The notes below the pieces were generated by a model, which saw only the letters and a list, made by a program, of their open reading frames with translations, was not told the origin of the DNA and searched no databases. Positions 20,654 to 30,649 of a stretch of 64,000 nt of DNA are shown piece by piece (positions within the stretch are counted from its first letter, which is position 1; every line of letters begins with the position of its first letter). Origin of the DNA: Candidatus Binatia bacterium (GTDB lineage Bacteria; Desulfobacterota; Binatia; Bin18); NCBI GenBank assembly GCA_963664395.2, contig OY761159.2, forward strand, positions 1,856,001-1,920,000. Reading direction: 5' to 3'. The position numbers and the translations under genes were made by a program.

Positions 20654-22842
20654 CTGCCTCCTCCTCTTTGGGACAACGACTCAGAAGCTGCTCTCTGCTC
20701 AGGCTCCCCGGATTCAGGTAGAGCAAAGGGGAGAGGGTCGGCAAAGCGGCGCACCACATTGGCCGTAATCTGAGCAATATCGTTGTCATAGCCGTTGCGA
20801 GCAAGCGCCCCAAACCACGAAATCGAGCCAACTGAAAACACGGCCCCACCGGCCGGTGTCTCAAAAAACACAAGGTCTGCCCGGACAACCGGATCAGGGG
20901 AGGGCACGACGGTCGACGCCTGGAGCTCTTCTTTGGTCCGGGTCATGTCAGGCCCAAACTCGGTTGCAGAAGCGAGGATAAGCGCGTGGGCGGGGGAACC
21001 GAGCGTTTGGCTGTAGCGATCAACCTCCTGACCGGCAGCCCCGCCGCCGAGCCCTGAGGTGCCAATCTCTTCAGCCGTCACACCTTCAAATATCCAGGCG
21101 GCACGAGAGGTATAGCTCTCCGGACTGCGCTGATAGCCGATGGCCCGTTCAAAGCCCTGAGCGGCAAACCCCACTCCCACGAGGGTATTCGGCGCCCGAC
21201 CCAAGCGCCGCCACAAGCCGCCGTACTCACCGGTAAAGGCGTGGTAAGACTCTCCCGGCTCGGTTTGCCAGTTGCGCACACCGTCCTCGGCCCGCCGTAA
21301 TTCGACTGCCCCAGGCCAGGCATCGCTCAGCGCCACACGCCAATAAAATCCGTTGCCGCCGAGATACATCAACCGCCCCCCACGCCGCAGCCATACTTCA
21401 AGGGCGTCGAGCATCCTGGTTGACCAATACTCCGGGTGAGTGCCAGTCACAATGACACGGTACGGAGCCAGCGCGGCTATCCCTTCGGCGTGGACATCTT
21501 CGTCAGCGAGGATATCGTGACCAAGCTGGAGATGATCGAGGAAGGCGTTAATATCCGTGTCCGGGGTGAAATTCCAACCGTCAGCCCCCGGTCGGAGTTG
21601 GAGCACGGGGCGGCGTCGAGAGCTGAACATGACTCCACTGCCATCCGTATGTTTCTCGTAAGTAGATCGACCAACTTCAGGATGGTGGCGCAGATATTCG
21701 TGCTCAGGCCGCAGGCGGGAGCGCGTGGCGATAAAGTCTGCGCCTTCAAACAGCATGCGGTGATTGGCGTAGGCCATATAGGTGCAGGAGGACATGAGCA
21801 GGGCGACGTCGGCCGTTGGTGCCTGGCGGGCGGGACGAACGAAAAACGGCACCCGATCCTGGCCCTGAGCCGTGCGGAGGCGAAAGGCATAGATGCCGCT
21901 GGCAAGATCAGCCGGCAAGGTCAGCTCTGCGATGGCCGGCCAGCCGGCGTCATATACATCGTCAGTATGAAAATGAATGGCGTCATAATGCGACGGCATA
22001 GACGTCCAGGCTTGATGGCTGCCGTCCCAATCGGGACCGGTGACCGCCCGAGCGGGAAGCTGGTGGAGGAGGCCATGGCGTTCATTGCCACTGACGTCAA
22101 CGATCTGCCTCCCTCCCATGTCTTTGGAGAAGTCCCATTCCAGGGTCGTCGCATCAAGGGTCAGCACGGGTCTGGCAAGGCGACCGTCGAAGCGAGCGCC
22201 CTCAGCGGAAGCCGCGAACAAGCAACAGCGGAGCGGTCCCGGTGGTGTTTCGCTGAGTGAGGTGGAAGCGGTGCGTGGCCCGAATCGCTCAAAGATGTCC
22301 TGGCCAGGTGAACGGCTCGGCTGTGGGGTGAGGGTTCCGGTGACAACTCTCTCCCTCAGGTCTGCTGTGATTTCGACCTGGTACCAGCGCTTGGCCTGGA
22401 GGGGTTGCTCTCGGAGCAGCAGCTCGGTTCGCCCAATGCGAGTAACAAGACGCCTCTTCGACAGCGTAAGTACCAGCAGCGGTCCTGATTCACCGACGAC
22501 CGAAAACAGGGTCTGATCTTGATCCGGTCGCGTCGCGAAGACGTGCACCTTGAATTTCGTCTGTCGTGTGACCGAGAAGCCTGACAGATCGACTTCGCCG
22601 TAAGAGCCGGGCTGTAAGCGTTGCTGCGTAAGCACAACCTCGGTGGGGAGATCGCTCGGGACTGCTATTTCTTTGAAACCAGGTCCGCTCCGGGTCGGGT
22701 CGCCACAGATAATACGGACGAGATCGAGTCGGGCAGGACCGGGCGTGTGGCTGGAGGCCATACAGCGGATCGATTCCCCGGCGCGGAGTGAGAGTGGTTC
22801 ACAGTAGCCGGTAATGGCCTTTGTGTCCTGGGGATCGTCCAT
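20650..22842 (-). CDS. N,N-dimethylformamidase large (beta) subunit family protein
   Basis: TYMAYANH, GRSTYEKH, TGTHPEYWS, YLGGNGFYW, GQEVD, GGAVFSVGSI. Confidence 0.9.
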   Translation of the reverse strand: MDDPQDTKAITGYCEPLSLRAGESIRCMASSHTPGPARLDLVRIICGDPTRSGPGFKEIAVPSDLPTEVVLTQQRLQPGSYGEVDLSGFSVTRQTKFKVHVFATRPDQDQTLFSVVGESGPLLVLTLSKRRLVTRIGRTELLLREQPLQAKRWYQVEITADLRERVVTGTLTPQPSRSPGQDIFERFGPRTASTSLSETPPGPLRCCLFAASAEGARFDGRLARPVLTLDATTLEWDFSKDMGGRQIVDVSGNERHGLLHQLPARAVTGPDWDGSHQAWTSMPSHYDAIHFHTDDVYDAGWPAIAELTLPADLASGIYAFRLRTAQGQDRVPFFVRPARQAPTADVALLMSSCTYMAYANHRMLFEGADFIATRSRLRPEHEYLRHHPEVGRSTYEKHTDGSGVMFSSRRRPVLQLRPGADGWNFTPDTDINAFLDHLQLGHDILADEDVHAEGIAALAPYRVIVTGTHPEYWSTRMLDALEVWLRRGGRLMYLGGNGFYWRVALSDAWPGAVELRRAEDGVRNWQTEPGESYHAFTGEYGGLWRRLGRAPNTLVGVGFAAQGFERAIGYQRSPESYTSRAAWIFEGVTAEEIGTSGLGGGAAGQEVDRYSQTLGSPAHALILASATEFGPDMTRTKEELQASTVVPSPDPVVRADLVFFETPAGGAVFSVGSISWFGALARNGYDNDIAQITANVVRRFADPLPFALPESGEPEQRAASESLSQRGGGR

Positions 22843-23424
22843 TTAACGAATTGTCCCTGCTGCGGTTGCTTCGGGCACCTCTTCAAGCCTGCCCGTTTTG
22901 ACGTCGTAGATATAACCGTAAATGGGGATGTCGCCGGGAACCAGGGGATGATTGCGGATGCGCGTCACGTCTTCGACAACGCTCTGTGTGCTATCGGCGA
23001 TCGTCAGCCAATCGATATAGCTGCCCTCTGTCGAACCGGGCCCCTGACCCGAGTCCTGCCAGCCGGAATCACCTATACTGGCGGTCCGGAGGCTGCTGGC
23101 CAGGAGACGGCGCATCACCTCATCGGTGAAGGTTGCCATGCCGCACTGCGTATGATGAATCACAAACCACTCCCGCGTCCCCAGGAGTTTATACGAAATC
23201 ACGAGGGAGCGGATGGCGTCATCACTCGCCCGTCCACCCGCGTTGCGGATCACATGCGCGTCGCCCTCCGCCAAGCCGGCGTATTGGGCGGGATCGAGCC
23301 GCGCGTCCATACAGGTCAGAATGGTAAAACGTCTACCGGGCGGGACAGGCAAGTCGGCCTTCTGGTCAAAATTCTTGGCATAGGTGGCGTTGGCTGCAAG
23401 GACTTCATCTCGGATCTGACTCAT
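22843..23424 (-). CDS. Beta-class carbonic anhydrase (clade D / COS hydrolase-like)
   Basis: [31 protein letters not shown]. Confidence 0.92.
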   Translation of the reverse strand: MSQIRDEVLAANATYAKNFDQKADLPVPPGRRFTILTCMDARLDPAQYAGLAEGDAHVIRNAGGRASDDAIRSLVISYKLLGTREWFVIHHTQCGMATFTDEVMRRLLASSLRTASIGDSGWQDSGQGPGSTEGSYIDWLTIADSTQSVVEDVTRIRNHPLVPGDIPIYGYIYDVKTGRLEEVPEATAAGTIR

Positions 23425-23565
23425 CGATCGTCTCCTTTGCTGACACGTTGGTATACCGGATTGTCGGGTCGCTGTCGTCGGTCCGTGCCTGGGTGGGCCA
23501 TCAGGCAGACCTTGGCCGTATAACATGATATGCCTCGACGGAAAGTAACGGAAAGGAACCCAAGC

Positions 23566-24180
23566 ATGGCAAAATCGAAGCTGTACGGAATTTCGGGCTC
23601 GCGGGCGATACGTTCGCTCTGGGCGATTGAGGAAGTGGGCATCGAGTATGAGCACGTCGCGGTCAATTTCATGGACGAGTCGAAGAAGCCGGAGTATCTG
23701 GCGGTGAATCCGAACGGTCGTATTCCCGCCTTACAAGATGGCGATGTGACCCTGTTTGAGTCCATGGCGATTAATCTCTACCTGGCCAAAACCTACGGCG
23801 GTGATCTCTATCCCCGTAATCCTGCCAATGAAGCCCTGGTTTGGCAATGGAGTGTATGGGTCATGACCGAGATCGAGTCGGCGCAGATGGACATCGTGGT
23901 CCAAAAGTTTTTTACGCCTGAGGAAAAGCGCGACGCGACGGTTCTCGCCGCTGCCGAGAAAACGCTGGCCCGACCCTTGAAGGTGCTTGATGATACCTTG
24001 GCCAATAAAGACTGGCTGGTTGGGGATGCCTTCAGCATTGCCGACCTTAACGTCTCCGGGGTGATGCTGCTTTTAGCGATGGTGAAATTCGATTCCTCGG
24101 CCTACGCCAACGTGCAGCGTTGGACAGAGGCGTGTTATGCCCGGCCCTCGCTTGATCGGGCCAAGGCGGTGGGCAAGTAG
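23566..24180 (+). CDS. Glutathione S-transferase family protein
   Basis: [29 protein letters not shown]. Confidence 0.93.
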   Translation: MAKSKLYGISGSRAIRSLWAIEEVGIEYEHVAVNFMDESKKPEYLAVNPNGRIPALQDGDVTLFESMAINLYLAKTYGGDLYPRNPANEALVWQWSVWVMTEIESAQMDIVVQKFFTPEEKRDATVLAAAEKTLARPLKVLDDTLANKDWLVGDAFSIADLNVSGVMLLLAMVKFDSSAYANVQRWTEACYARPSLDRAKAVGK

Positions 24181-24200
24181 GCTGACGGAGACGCTCCGTT

Positions 24201-25154
24201 TTACAGGCCGCGTAAAAAGCGCAGGATGCACTCGGTTGTTTCCTGCGGCTTTTCCGCCTGCACCCAATGCCCGGCGCCGTCAATGATTTCGAGAAAGCGC
24301 AGGTCTTCGAACGAATCTGCAAACGTGGCGCGCCAGTTGGGATCGTAGAGCAGGACATCATCCGCCGCTCCGGCTACAAAGGCCGCCGGCTGGGAGAATT
24401 TTTTGCCTTCGAGTTCAGGCGTAATGCCGTTATTCGTCGGGATGTTGCGGTACCAATTCACCGGTCCTCTGAAACCGCTCGTCCGGTACTGCTCGACGTA
24501 ATAGTCAAGGTCTTCTTGAGTGAGCCAGCTTGGCAGCTGATCCGGCTCGGGCAGCGCGTCGAGCAGGCCGCTCGACCTGGGGTGCTCCAGTTGCTTCATC
24601 CAACTCTGCGCCGGCGCGTCGGCGCACAGCCCGTAATACAGGATGCGCAGGCTGCGTTCCAGGTCTTTTTCAAGCTCGGCTTCGACCCGGCCTTCTTCCT
24701 GAAAGTAGCGCATATACCAGAATTGGTCGTCCATGCCCGGCGGATTCAGCGCGGCATCCGTCATGCGCCAAAAGGGAACGGACAGGCCCATCACGGCCGT
24801 GCAGCTCTCCTCGTGGAGCAGGGCGGTATTCCAGGCCACAATACAGCCCCAATCGTGGCCGATGAGAGTGAATTCAGCATAGCCCAGGGCCGGAGCAATG
24901 CCGGCCACATCGGCGGCCAGCGTGCGAATATTGTAATCCGAAATGTCGGGCGGACACTCACTGCCGCCATAGCCGCGTTGGTCGGGCACGGCGACGCGAT
25001 AGCCCGCAGCCACGAGTGGGTCAATCTGGTGTCGCCACAGATACCAGCACTGCGGCCAACCGTGGAGCAGAATAACCAGCGGTCCGTCGCCCTCTACGAC
25101 GGTGCGTAGCCTGACCCCGTTTGTTTGAAGCATTTCGAAATTGCGATTGATCAT
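24201..25154 (-). CDS. Epoxide hydrolase-like alpha/beta hydrolase
   Basis: HGWP, WRHQI, GHDWG, GAGHW. Confidence 0.92.
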   Translation of the reverse strand: MINRNFEMLQTNGVRLRTVVEGDGPLVILLHGWPQCWYLWRHQIDPLVAAGYRVAVPDQRGYGGSECPPDISDYNIRTLAADVAGIAPALGYAEFTLIGHDWGCIVAWNTALLHEESCTAVMGLSVPFWRMTDAALNPPGMDDQFWYMRYFQEEGRVEAELEKDLERSLRILYYGLCADAPAQSWMKQLEHPRSSGLLDALPEPDQLPSWLTQEDLDYYVEQYRTSGFRGPVNWYRNIPTNNGITPELEGKKFSQPAAFVAGAADDVLLYDPNWRATFADSFEDLRFLEIIDGAGHWVQAEKPQETTECILRFLRGL

Positions 25155-26083
25155 AGATTCCCCTTGTCTGCGGCGTCCGCGCTTGTCACTCCGGTCAGGC
25201 CGGTCGCGTTTTGGATTTCTCGACGTAACTCCGCGCTGCCCAGGCCCTCTCCGTCTTCCTCTCGGCCCAGGGCGTATTGTGGCCCGATGGACTCGGGGCC
25301 TTCTCCCGGTGGTAGCGGAGGCGTGTAATAGCCCAGGGCGTAACTCCCAAGCGTATAGCCGAGCAGGTCCTGCAATTCTACTGATAAGGTTTTTGCGATC
25401 TCAGGCGGACAGGAAAGATACTGGTTCTCCTCTTGGCGTAACCAGGCCAGCGAGTACGTGATGTTCATACCAATGCGATCGCTGGCCGACTGATTCGCGC
25501 CCGCGGCGTGAAAGACCGAGCCGGTATACAGCAGCACCGAGCCGCGCGTCATCTCGGCCTGGGTCATTTCATCCTTGTCCGCCCGGCGGCCGTCCGGCCA
25601 GTCCATACTGCCCGGAACCACCCGCGTGGCTCCGTTTTCACGGGTAAAATCCGTCAGCGCCCACATGGTGTTGAACTGGGGCTCGACGCCTTTCAGATAG
25701 GTTCCCCAGGCCCAGCGGTCACGATGGATCGCCTGCTTGGGTTGGCCGGGCCGGATACGAATAATCTGGCCGAGATGGAGTTGAATGCGGGAACAGTAGG
25801 GCGCCAGAAAGGTCTGGGCGGCTCTGAGCACCGATGGACTAGTCACCAGATCACAGCACGCCGGCGAGCGGGCCACCAGCGCACCCGTGCGTGTGGTCAG
25901 AAGGCCAACGAAAGGGTCTTGGCCGTTTCGCGTGGCGTCAATATACGGCTCGGTTTCGCTCAGCACCTGATTAACTTCGGCAGGGGTGAGCATATCCTTC
26001 AGGATAACCGCCCCGTCTCTTTCAATGATCGGGAGAATATCCGCGGTGTCTGCCGTTGCCGGAAGGGTTGTCAGCTGTGCCAT
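25151..26083 (-). CDS. Phytanoyl-CoA dioxygenase (PhyH) family protein
   Basis: IHRD, DFTRENGATRVVPGS, HAAGAN, WLRQEENQY; ATGA overlap with the hydrolase gene. Confidence 0.92.
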   Translation of the reverse strand: MAQLTTLPATADTADILPIIERDGAVILKDMLTPAEVNQVLSETEPYIDATRNGQDPFVGLLTTRTGALVARSPACCDLVTSPSVLRAAQTFLAPYCSRIQLHLGQIIRIRPGQPKQAIHRDRWAWGTYLKGVEPQFNTMWALTDFTRENGATRVVPGSMDWPDGRRADKDEMTQAEMTRGSVLLYTGSVFHAAGANQSASDRIGMNITYSLAWLRQEENQYLSCPPEIAKTLSVELQDLLGYTLGSYALGYYTPPLPPGEGPESIGPQYALGREEDGEGLGSAELRREIQNATGLTGVTSADAADKGNL

Positions 26084-26151
26084 TGCTCTCTCCTTCTAAA
26101 CGATCTCCTGATCTCGGATTCCTGCAAATCCAGAAGTCGCATGTTCACGTA

Positions 26152-26556
26152 TTATTCTCCAAACGCCGCTTCCTGAAGCGCCCGTACCTGCGCCTTCACA
26201 AATGCGTCCGGGAAGTCAACCGCATCGTCGTACTGGGCGCGCCGATTTTTCCCGTTGATGTACGAGAAACACGCAGCCTGTCCATCGTTTCCTACCAGGA
26301 TCAAAACAGAAGACGCCGCGCCCGGTGACTTGAAATACAGCGCGATCTCGCCGTCCGTCGTGGGGTAGACGGTCGGGGCGATAGGCTGGTTTTCGAGTGC
26401 GAGAATCATTCGCCGAGCATGTTTCCTGGTATCGGCATGAATCTCCGGCAGGGCATCCTCTGCCACCTCGTCGCCTATGTGCTCCAACTCCTCTATCGCG
26501 TCCGTAATCCACTGTGCGCCTGGGCTGTCAGCCGGAAGTGTGGTGAACTGTGCCAT
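26152..26556 (-). CDS. Hypothetical protein; N-terminus derived from a phyH-like start
   Basis: Begins MAQFTTLPA (phyH begins MAQLTTLPA); AGGAG RBS; body PTVYPTTDGEIALYF is unrelated to PhyH. Confidence 0.7.
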   Translation of the reverse strand: MAQFTTLPADSPGAQWITDAIEELEHIGDEVAEDALPEIHADTRKHARRMILALENQPIAPTVYPTTDGEIALYFKSPGAASSVLILVGNDGQAACFSYINGKNRRAQYDDAVDFPDAFVKAQVRALQEAAFGE

Positions 26557-26611
26557 TCTTTTCTCCTGACCCATCGTCACGAGTTGCACGACAGCAGCGA
26601 ACAGCCCGGAC
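26531..26611 (-). repeat. Relic selO-stop / phyH-start junction
   Basis: 26577-26611 matches the selO end 26923-26957 at 29/35 nt; 26531-26567 matches the phyH start and RBS 26058-26094 at 30/37 nt. Confidence 0.85.
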
Positions 26612-26634
26612 CGTCCGGAATTGTCACTACCCCT

Positions 26635-26883
26635 CTAAACGGTCTCCGGTGCAGGTGGCGGTTGAGATGTCCAAGGCTCATAGTGCAATACCATGATCTG
26701 ATCCGGGCGGAGGCCAACCGACTCGTATGTCCGGCCTTCTCGATCACAAAATTCGACTTCAAACGCTGCACCATCCGCCATAATTTCTACAATCATCCCA
26801 ACCTGCCCACGCCACAGCTTATAGTCAGGCAAGTCAACCGTGAGGGCCACTACGTCGAACAGTTTTATTGGGATTGTTATCAT
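26635..26883 (-). CDS. DUF4926 domain protein
   Basis: LFDVVALTVDLP..L.RGQVGMIVE...AFEVEF.D.EGRTY. Confidence 0.88.
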   Translation of the reverse strand: MITIPIKLFDVVALTVDLPDYKLWRGQVGMIVEIMADGAAFEVEFCDREGRTYESVGLRPDQIMVLHYEPWTSQPPPAPETV

Positions 26884-26922
26884 CCACCTCTTTACCGCGC
26901 GGTGTTCGGATTTATCTGAGGC

Positions 26923-28542
26923 TCACGAACTGCACGACAGCATGGAACAACCGGGACGCTGGCGGGCCCAGTCGGGCCGTTTTTTCGCGTAGGCTTCTTT
27001 GTCGGGTTGTTCGTCATAGGGATGACGGAGGAGTTCCAACAGATCATGCACCAGGGAGAGGTCGCCCTGCTCGGCCTTGTCGATAGCGAGTTGGGCGAGA
27101 TAGTTGCGCAGCACATATTTGGGGTTGACGGCGTTCATGCGTGTCCGGCGCGTCTCGTTATCCGTTCCATCTTCTCTCACCCGGTCGTGATAGCGGCGTA
27201 GCCACGCGGCAATGCGGGCCGTTGTCTCCGGGGTCAACTGCTCCGGGACGTAATAGGCGTCCAACAGCGGTTCTATAAAAGCGGTATCGCCGATCTGGTC
27301 TACAGGTTTGGCGTCGAGATCACAGCTCGCCAGCCGTCGATAGAAGATGGTCATGTCGGTCTCGGCCAGTTGCAAAATTTCCAGCAGGCCGCCGACCAGG
27401 CTGTCGTCCAGGTCGGGCTTGAAGGACTGGAGCCCCAGTTTGTGGGCCATCGTGGTCTGCCAGCCCGACTCAAATTCCTGGACATAACTGCCCAGCGCTT
27501 TTTCCAGGGGTTCCGTCTGTTCAATCAGGGGGTAGAGCGCGTTGGCAAGCTGGACCAGGTTCCAATGGGCAATCTGGGGTTGTTTGCCAAAGGCATAGCG
27601 GTGACTCGCGGCATCGGTGGTATTGGGCGTCCAGTTGGAGTCATAGTCTTCCAGCCAGCCGTACGGGCCGTAGTCAATCGTCAATCCCAGGATGGACATA
27701 TTATCCGTGTTCATGACCCCGTGGACAAAGCCGACCCGCAGCCAGTGTACAATCATCCGGGCGGTTGTCCGACAGACCTCCTCGAACCAGGCCAGGTAGG
27801 TCGAATGGGATGGCTCGCCCAAATGAGGAAAGTCGGTGCGGATGGTGTAATCCACCAACTGTTGTAAGACGTCGATTTCTCCGCGGGCGGCAAATATCTG
27901 AAAATTGCCAAAGCGCACAAAAGACGGCGCGACCCGGCACACCACGGCTCCCGGCTCGAGTTTGGGGTTGCCATTATAAAACATATCGCGGACGACGTGT
28001 TCACCCGTCGAGACCAGGCTGAGCGCGCGGGTGGTTGGGACACCGAGATGGTGCATGGCTTCGCTGCACAGGAACTCGCGGATGGACGAACGCAAGACAG
28101 CCAATCCATCCGCGCTGCGCGAATATGGTGTTAGACCGGCACCTTTGAGCTGGACCACCCAGCGCTTTCCGGTCGGACCGATGAGCTCGCCCAGGTTAAT
28201 GGCCCGGCCGTCTCCGAGCTGCCCGGCCCAGTTGCCGAACTGATGCCCGCCGTAACACATCGCGTAGGGGTCCATGTCGTCCAAAACCCGATTCCCCGAG
28301 AAGATATGGGGAAAATCGTCCGACTCGCAAAACGTGCGGGACAGACCCAATTCCTCGGCAACTTCCCAGGCGTAGGCAACCAACTGTGGTTGAGCGACTT
28401 TCGCAGGCTGGACACGGGAATAACACGCCTGCGTGACCTGACGGCGGGTGTTTCCAGTTTCTGGGTCGGCCGGCAATTCCCGCGTAAAGCGATTATCGAA
28501 GATGAGTGTCTCTTGCGGCTGGTATTCCTGTTGGGCGTTCAT
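26923..28542 (-). CDS. selO: Protein adenylyltransferase SelO (YdiU)
   Basis: YGGHQFG.WAGQLGDGRA, QLKGAGLTPYSR, HGVMNTDN, IDYGPYG, NPKYVLRN, C-terminal CSS. Confidence 0.96.
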   Translation of the reverse strand: MNAQQEYQPQETLIFDNRFTRELPADPETGNTRRQVTQACYSRVQPAKVAQPQLVAYAWEVAEELGLSRTFCESDDFPHIFSGNRVLDDMDPYAMCYGGHQFGNWAGQLGDGRAINLGELIGPTGKRWVVQLKGAGLTPYSRSADGLAVLRSSIREFLCSEAMHHLGVPTTRALSLVSTGEHVVRDMFYNGNPKLEPGAVVCRVAPSFVRFGNFQIFAARGEIDVLQQLVDYTIRTDFPHLGEPSHSTYLAWFEEVCRTTARMIVHWLRVGFVHGVMNTDNMSILGLTIDYGPYGWLEDYDSNWTPNTTDAASHRYAFGKQPQIAHWNLVQLANALYPLIEQTEPLEKALGSYVQEFESGWQTTMAHKLGLQSFKPDLDDSLVGGLLEILQLAETDMTIFYRRLASCDLDAKPVDQIGDTAFIEPLLDAYYVPEQLTPETTARIAAWLRRYHDRVREDGTDNETRRTRMNAVNPKYVLRNYLAQLAIDKAEQGDLSLVHDLLELLRHPYDEQPDKEAYAKKRPDWARQRPGCSMLSCSS

Positions 28543-28624
28543 GCGAACACGTTAGCCCAGCGTGGTGTGCTGCTCAAGGCGTGCCGCACCAGGAATCCTC
28601 TCAAGGGTACTGACTTTTCAACCC

Positions 28625-28717
28625 GCAGCCCGGATGGAACGGAGTGAAACCCAGGGAATGTGAGCGGAGTCTTCCACGTGAGTTGTCCCTGGACTCTACT
28701 TCGCTACATCCAGGTTA
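28625..28717. repeat. Degenerate REP doublet (inverted pair)
   Basis: GCAGCCCGGATGGAACGGAGTGAAACCCAGGG ... CCCTGGACTCTACTTCGCTACATCCAGGTTAT are imperfect inverted copies. Confidence 0.7.
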
Positions 28718-28734
28718 TACGACTGCCGGGTCTT

Positions 28735-29229
28735 TTACCGCGTCTCCGCTTCTCCATAGAGCGGTTCTGCCACTGGCTCGGTGTCATACTTGCGCATCAA
28801 CTCAAGAAGGGCGCGTTGGTCTGGCGGTTTTCCATCTTTGGTGAGTTCGGCCAGACCCTCGAAGTATTTTTCGCGTGAGTCGGCCGGACAAAACATAACC
28901 AACAACACCGAGCGCTGCGCACCTGGGTTGGAAAAGGCATGGATCGCTTCCTTGGGGACGAGGGCGGTCGTTCCGGCCCGGGCCGTCATCTTCTCATCTC
29001 CGACAAGAAGTTCGATTGCGCCCTCGACCACGTAGAATATTTCCGCCATCTGACGGTGAATATGGCGGCGCGGGCCTTCAGTCCCAGGTTCCATCGTATA
29101 CTCGAACAGACCGAAATGACCCTCGGTGTCCTTTCCCCTGACCTTAAAGGTACAGCGGGTGCCGGTCCCAATGGCTACCGAGTCGCCCTCTCCCCGCTGA
29201 AGCACGATTGCAGAATCAGGCAGCGTCAT
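28735..29229 (-). CDS. Cupin domain protein
   Basis: GPRRHIH..MAEIFYVVEG...VPKEAIHAFSN. Confidence 0.9.
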   Translation of the reverse strand: MTLPDSAIVLQRGEGDSVAIGTGTRCTFKVRGKDTEGHFGLFEYTMEPGTEGPRRHIHRQMAEIFYVVEGAIELLVGDEKMTARAGTTALVPKEAIHAFSNPGAQRSVLLVMFCPADSREKYFEGLAELTKDGKPPDQRALLELMRKYDTEPVAEPLYGEAETR

Positions 29230-29239
29230 CCGGCTCTCC

Positions 29240-30400
29240 TTACACGACCCCGAAGACCTGTTCGACCGCGGCCTGAATGGGCTTGAAGGCAAGCGTGGGA
29301 TTATGGATCATCCGGTTGTGACAGATCGCAACCGCCAGGCGCGCGTCCGGGTCGGCCCACGCAATCGCTCCGCCGGCACCCGGATGAAACACCGTACGCG
29401 GATTCAAACCTGCAAGGCGGAACGGGTATTTGGAATCTTTCACTCCGCCAAGCCACAGCCCTGCCGTACCTAGACGGATCGGCATGCCCAGCACCGTGTC
29501 CGGCTGATCAGTATCGGGACGCGGAGTGCTGAACGTCTTCACCCGCTCTTCGGACAGTAAGCGCACGCCGTCCAGTTCTCCACCATTGGCCAGCATGGCA
29601 AACAGCCGGGCTGAGCTGCGGGCGTTCATAATGCCGTGTGCACCCGGAATGCAGCCGCGCCGCATATCCGAACGGCCGAAGACTTCCTCGGTCGCTCCGA
29701 CCTGAGGCGGCATGGCGCGCAGGATCGGCGCATCTGCCGGTAAGGGCAGTGGAGGCGCGTTCTTCAGCCGGGCCACGCGCGGTTCGGCTTCTTCAGGAAT
29801 CCCGATCCAGAGATTCGTCATGCCAAGGGGCGCACAGATCTCTTCCTGTACGAACGTGCTGTATGGCCGCTGTTTGGGATCGGTCCGGCGCACGCACTCG
29901 GCAATCACCCAGCCGAAGGTGTAGCACATATAGGCGTTCCGCGTGCCGGCCGTAAAGATTGGCTTCATGTTTGCCAGTTGATCGACCATCCAGTCATAAT
30001 TGCTCATGAGTTCGGGCGTGACGCCCTCGGGCATATACGGAATGCCCAGGCGGTGGCTCAGCGCATCCCGGACGGTTGCGGTGTCTTTGCCGTGCGCCGC
30101 GAACTCGGGCCAGTAGTGCGCAATCGGCGTATCATACTCAATCAAGCCCCGTTCGGCCTGGAGATGGAGCGCGGTTGCCGTGGTCGCCTTGATGACAGAG
30201 AAGGAGGGGAAGAGCGTATCCCCATCCACTGCCCGTCCAGTGGTCTCGTCAGCAATACCACCCCAGACATCCACGACTTGCTCGCCATCGAGATACACGG
30301 CGACTTGCATCCCAAGCTCGCCGTTCTCCTGGAGCGTGGTTGCAACGGCCTGTTGAAAAATGCTGTTTGCCTCTGGTTTACGTTCCGCCGTCGCTGGCAT
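29240..30400 (-). CDS. Serine hydrolase (beta-lactamase family esterase)
   Basis: SFSVIK (SxxK), LSHRLG, HPGAGG. Confidence 0.9.
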   Translation of the reverse strand: MPATAERKPEANSIFQQAVATTLQENGELGMQVAVYLDGEQVVDVWGGIADETTGRAVDGDTLFPSFSVIKATTATALHLQAERGLIEYDTPIAHYWPEFAAHGKDTATVRDALSHRLGIPYMPEGVTPELMSNYDWMVDQLANMKPIFTAGTRNAYMCYTFGWVIAECVRRTDPKQRPYSTFVQEEICAPLGMTNLWIGIPEEAEPRVARLKNAPPLPLPADAPILRAMPPQVGATEEVFGRSDMRRGCIPGAHGIMNARSSARLFAMLANGGELDGVRLLSEERVKTFSTPRPDTDQPDTVLGMPIRLGTAGLWLGGVKDSKYPFRLAGLNPRTVFHPGAGGAIAWADPDARLAVAICHNRMIHNPTLAFKPIQAAVEQVFGVV

Positions 30401-30434
30401 GGATTGTTCCCCCCTTTTTTCTGACTTACACGCC

Positions 30435-30560
30435 TTACTGCTGGTTTGACTCTTCCCCCTGAGCCGCCTCGTCCCGTATCCGGTCTGCCCGTTGGGCGAG
30501 CAGGCCGACCAGAACCAAAGCGATAAGAAAGAACGCGGTTATCGCAAGGATGGTAGTCAT
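30435..30560 (-). CDS. Small single-TM protein (41 aa)
   Basis: AAGGAGG RBS; MTTILAITAFFLIALVLVGLLAQR hydrophobic helix. Confidence 0.65.
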   Translation of the reverse strand: MTTILAITAFFLIALVLVGLLAQRADRIRDEAAQGEESNQQ

Positions 30561-30649
30561 GAAACCCTCCTTTATCCAACTCTTGCAGTCTCTTCTTTCC
30601 TCTCTACTCCTTCTCAATACTGGAAATCAACGCTTTCGAGCGAGTTTTG

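Noticed and set aside
26577-26774. 65-aa ORF ending GCSLLSCNS as a real gene
   Set aside because: Mostly an alternate frame of the DUF4926 gene running into the relic selO end
26152-26957. Integron cassette array
   Set aside because: No attC-like structures recognised and no intI; borders are host gene-end duplicates
26923-26960. Selenocysteine read-through in SelO
   Set aside because: The C-terminal motif already has Cys (TGC) in CSS; the TGA follows SS as an ordinary stop
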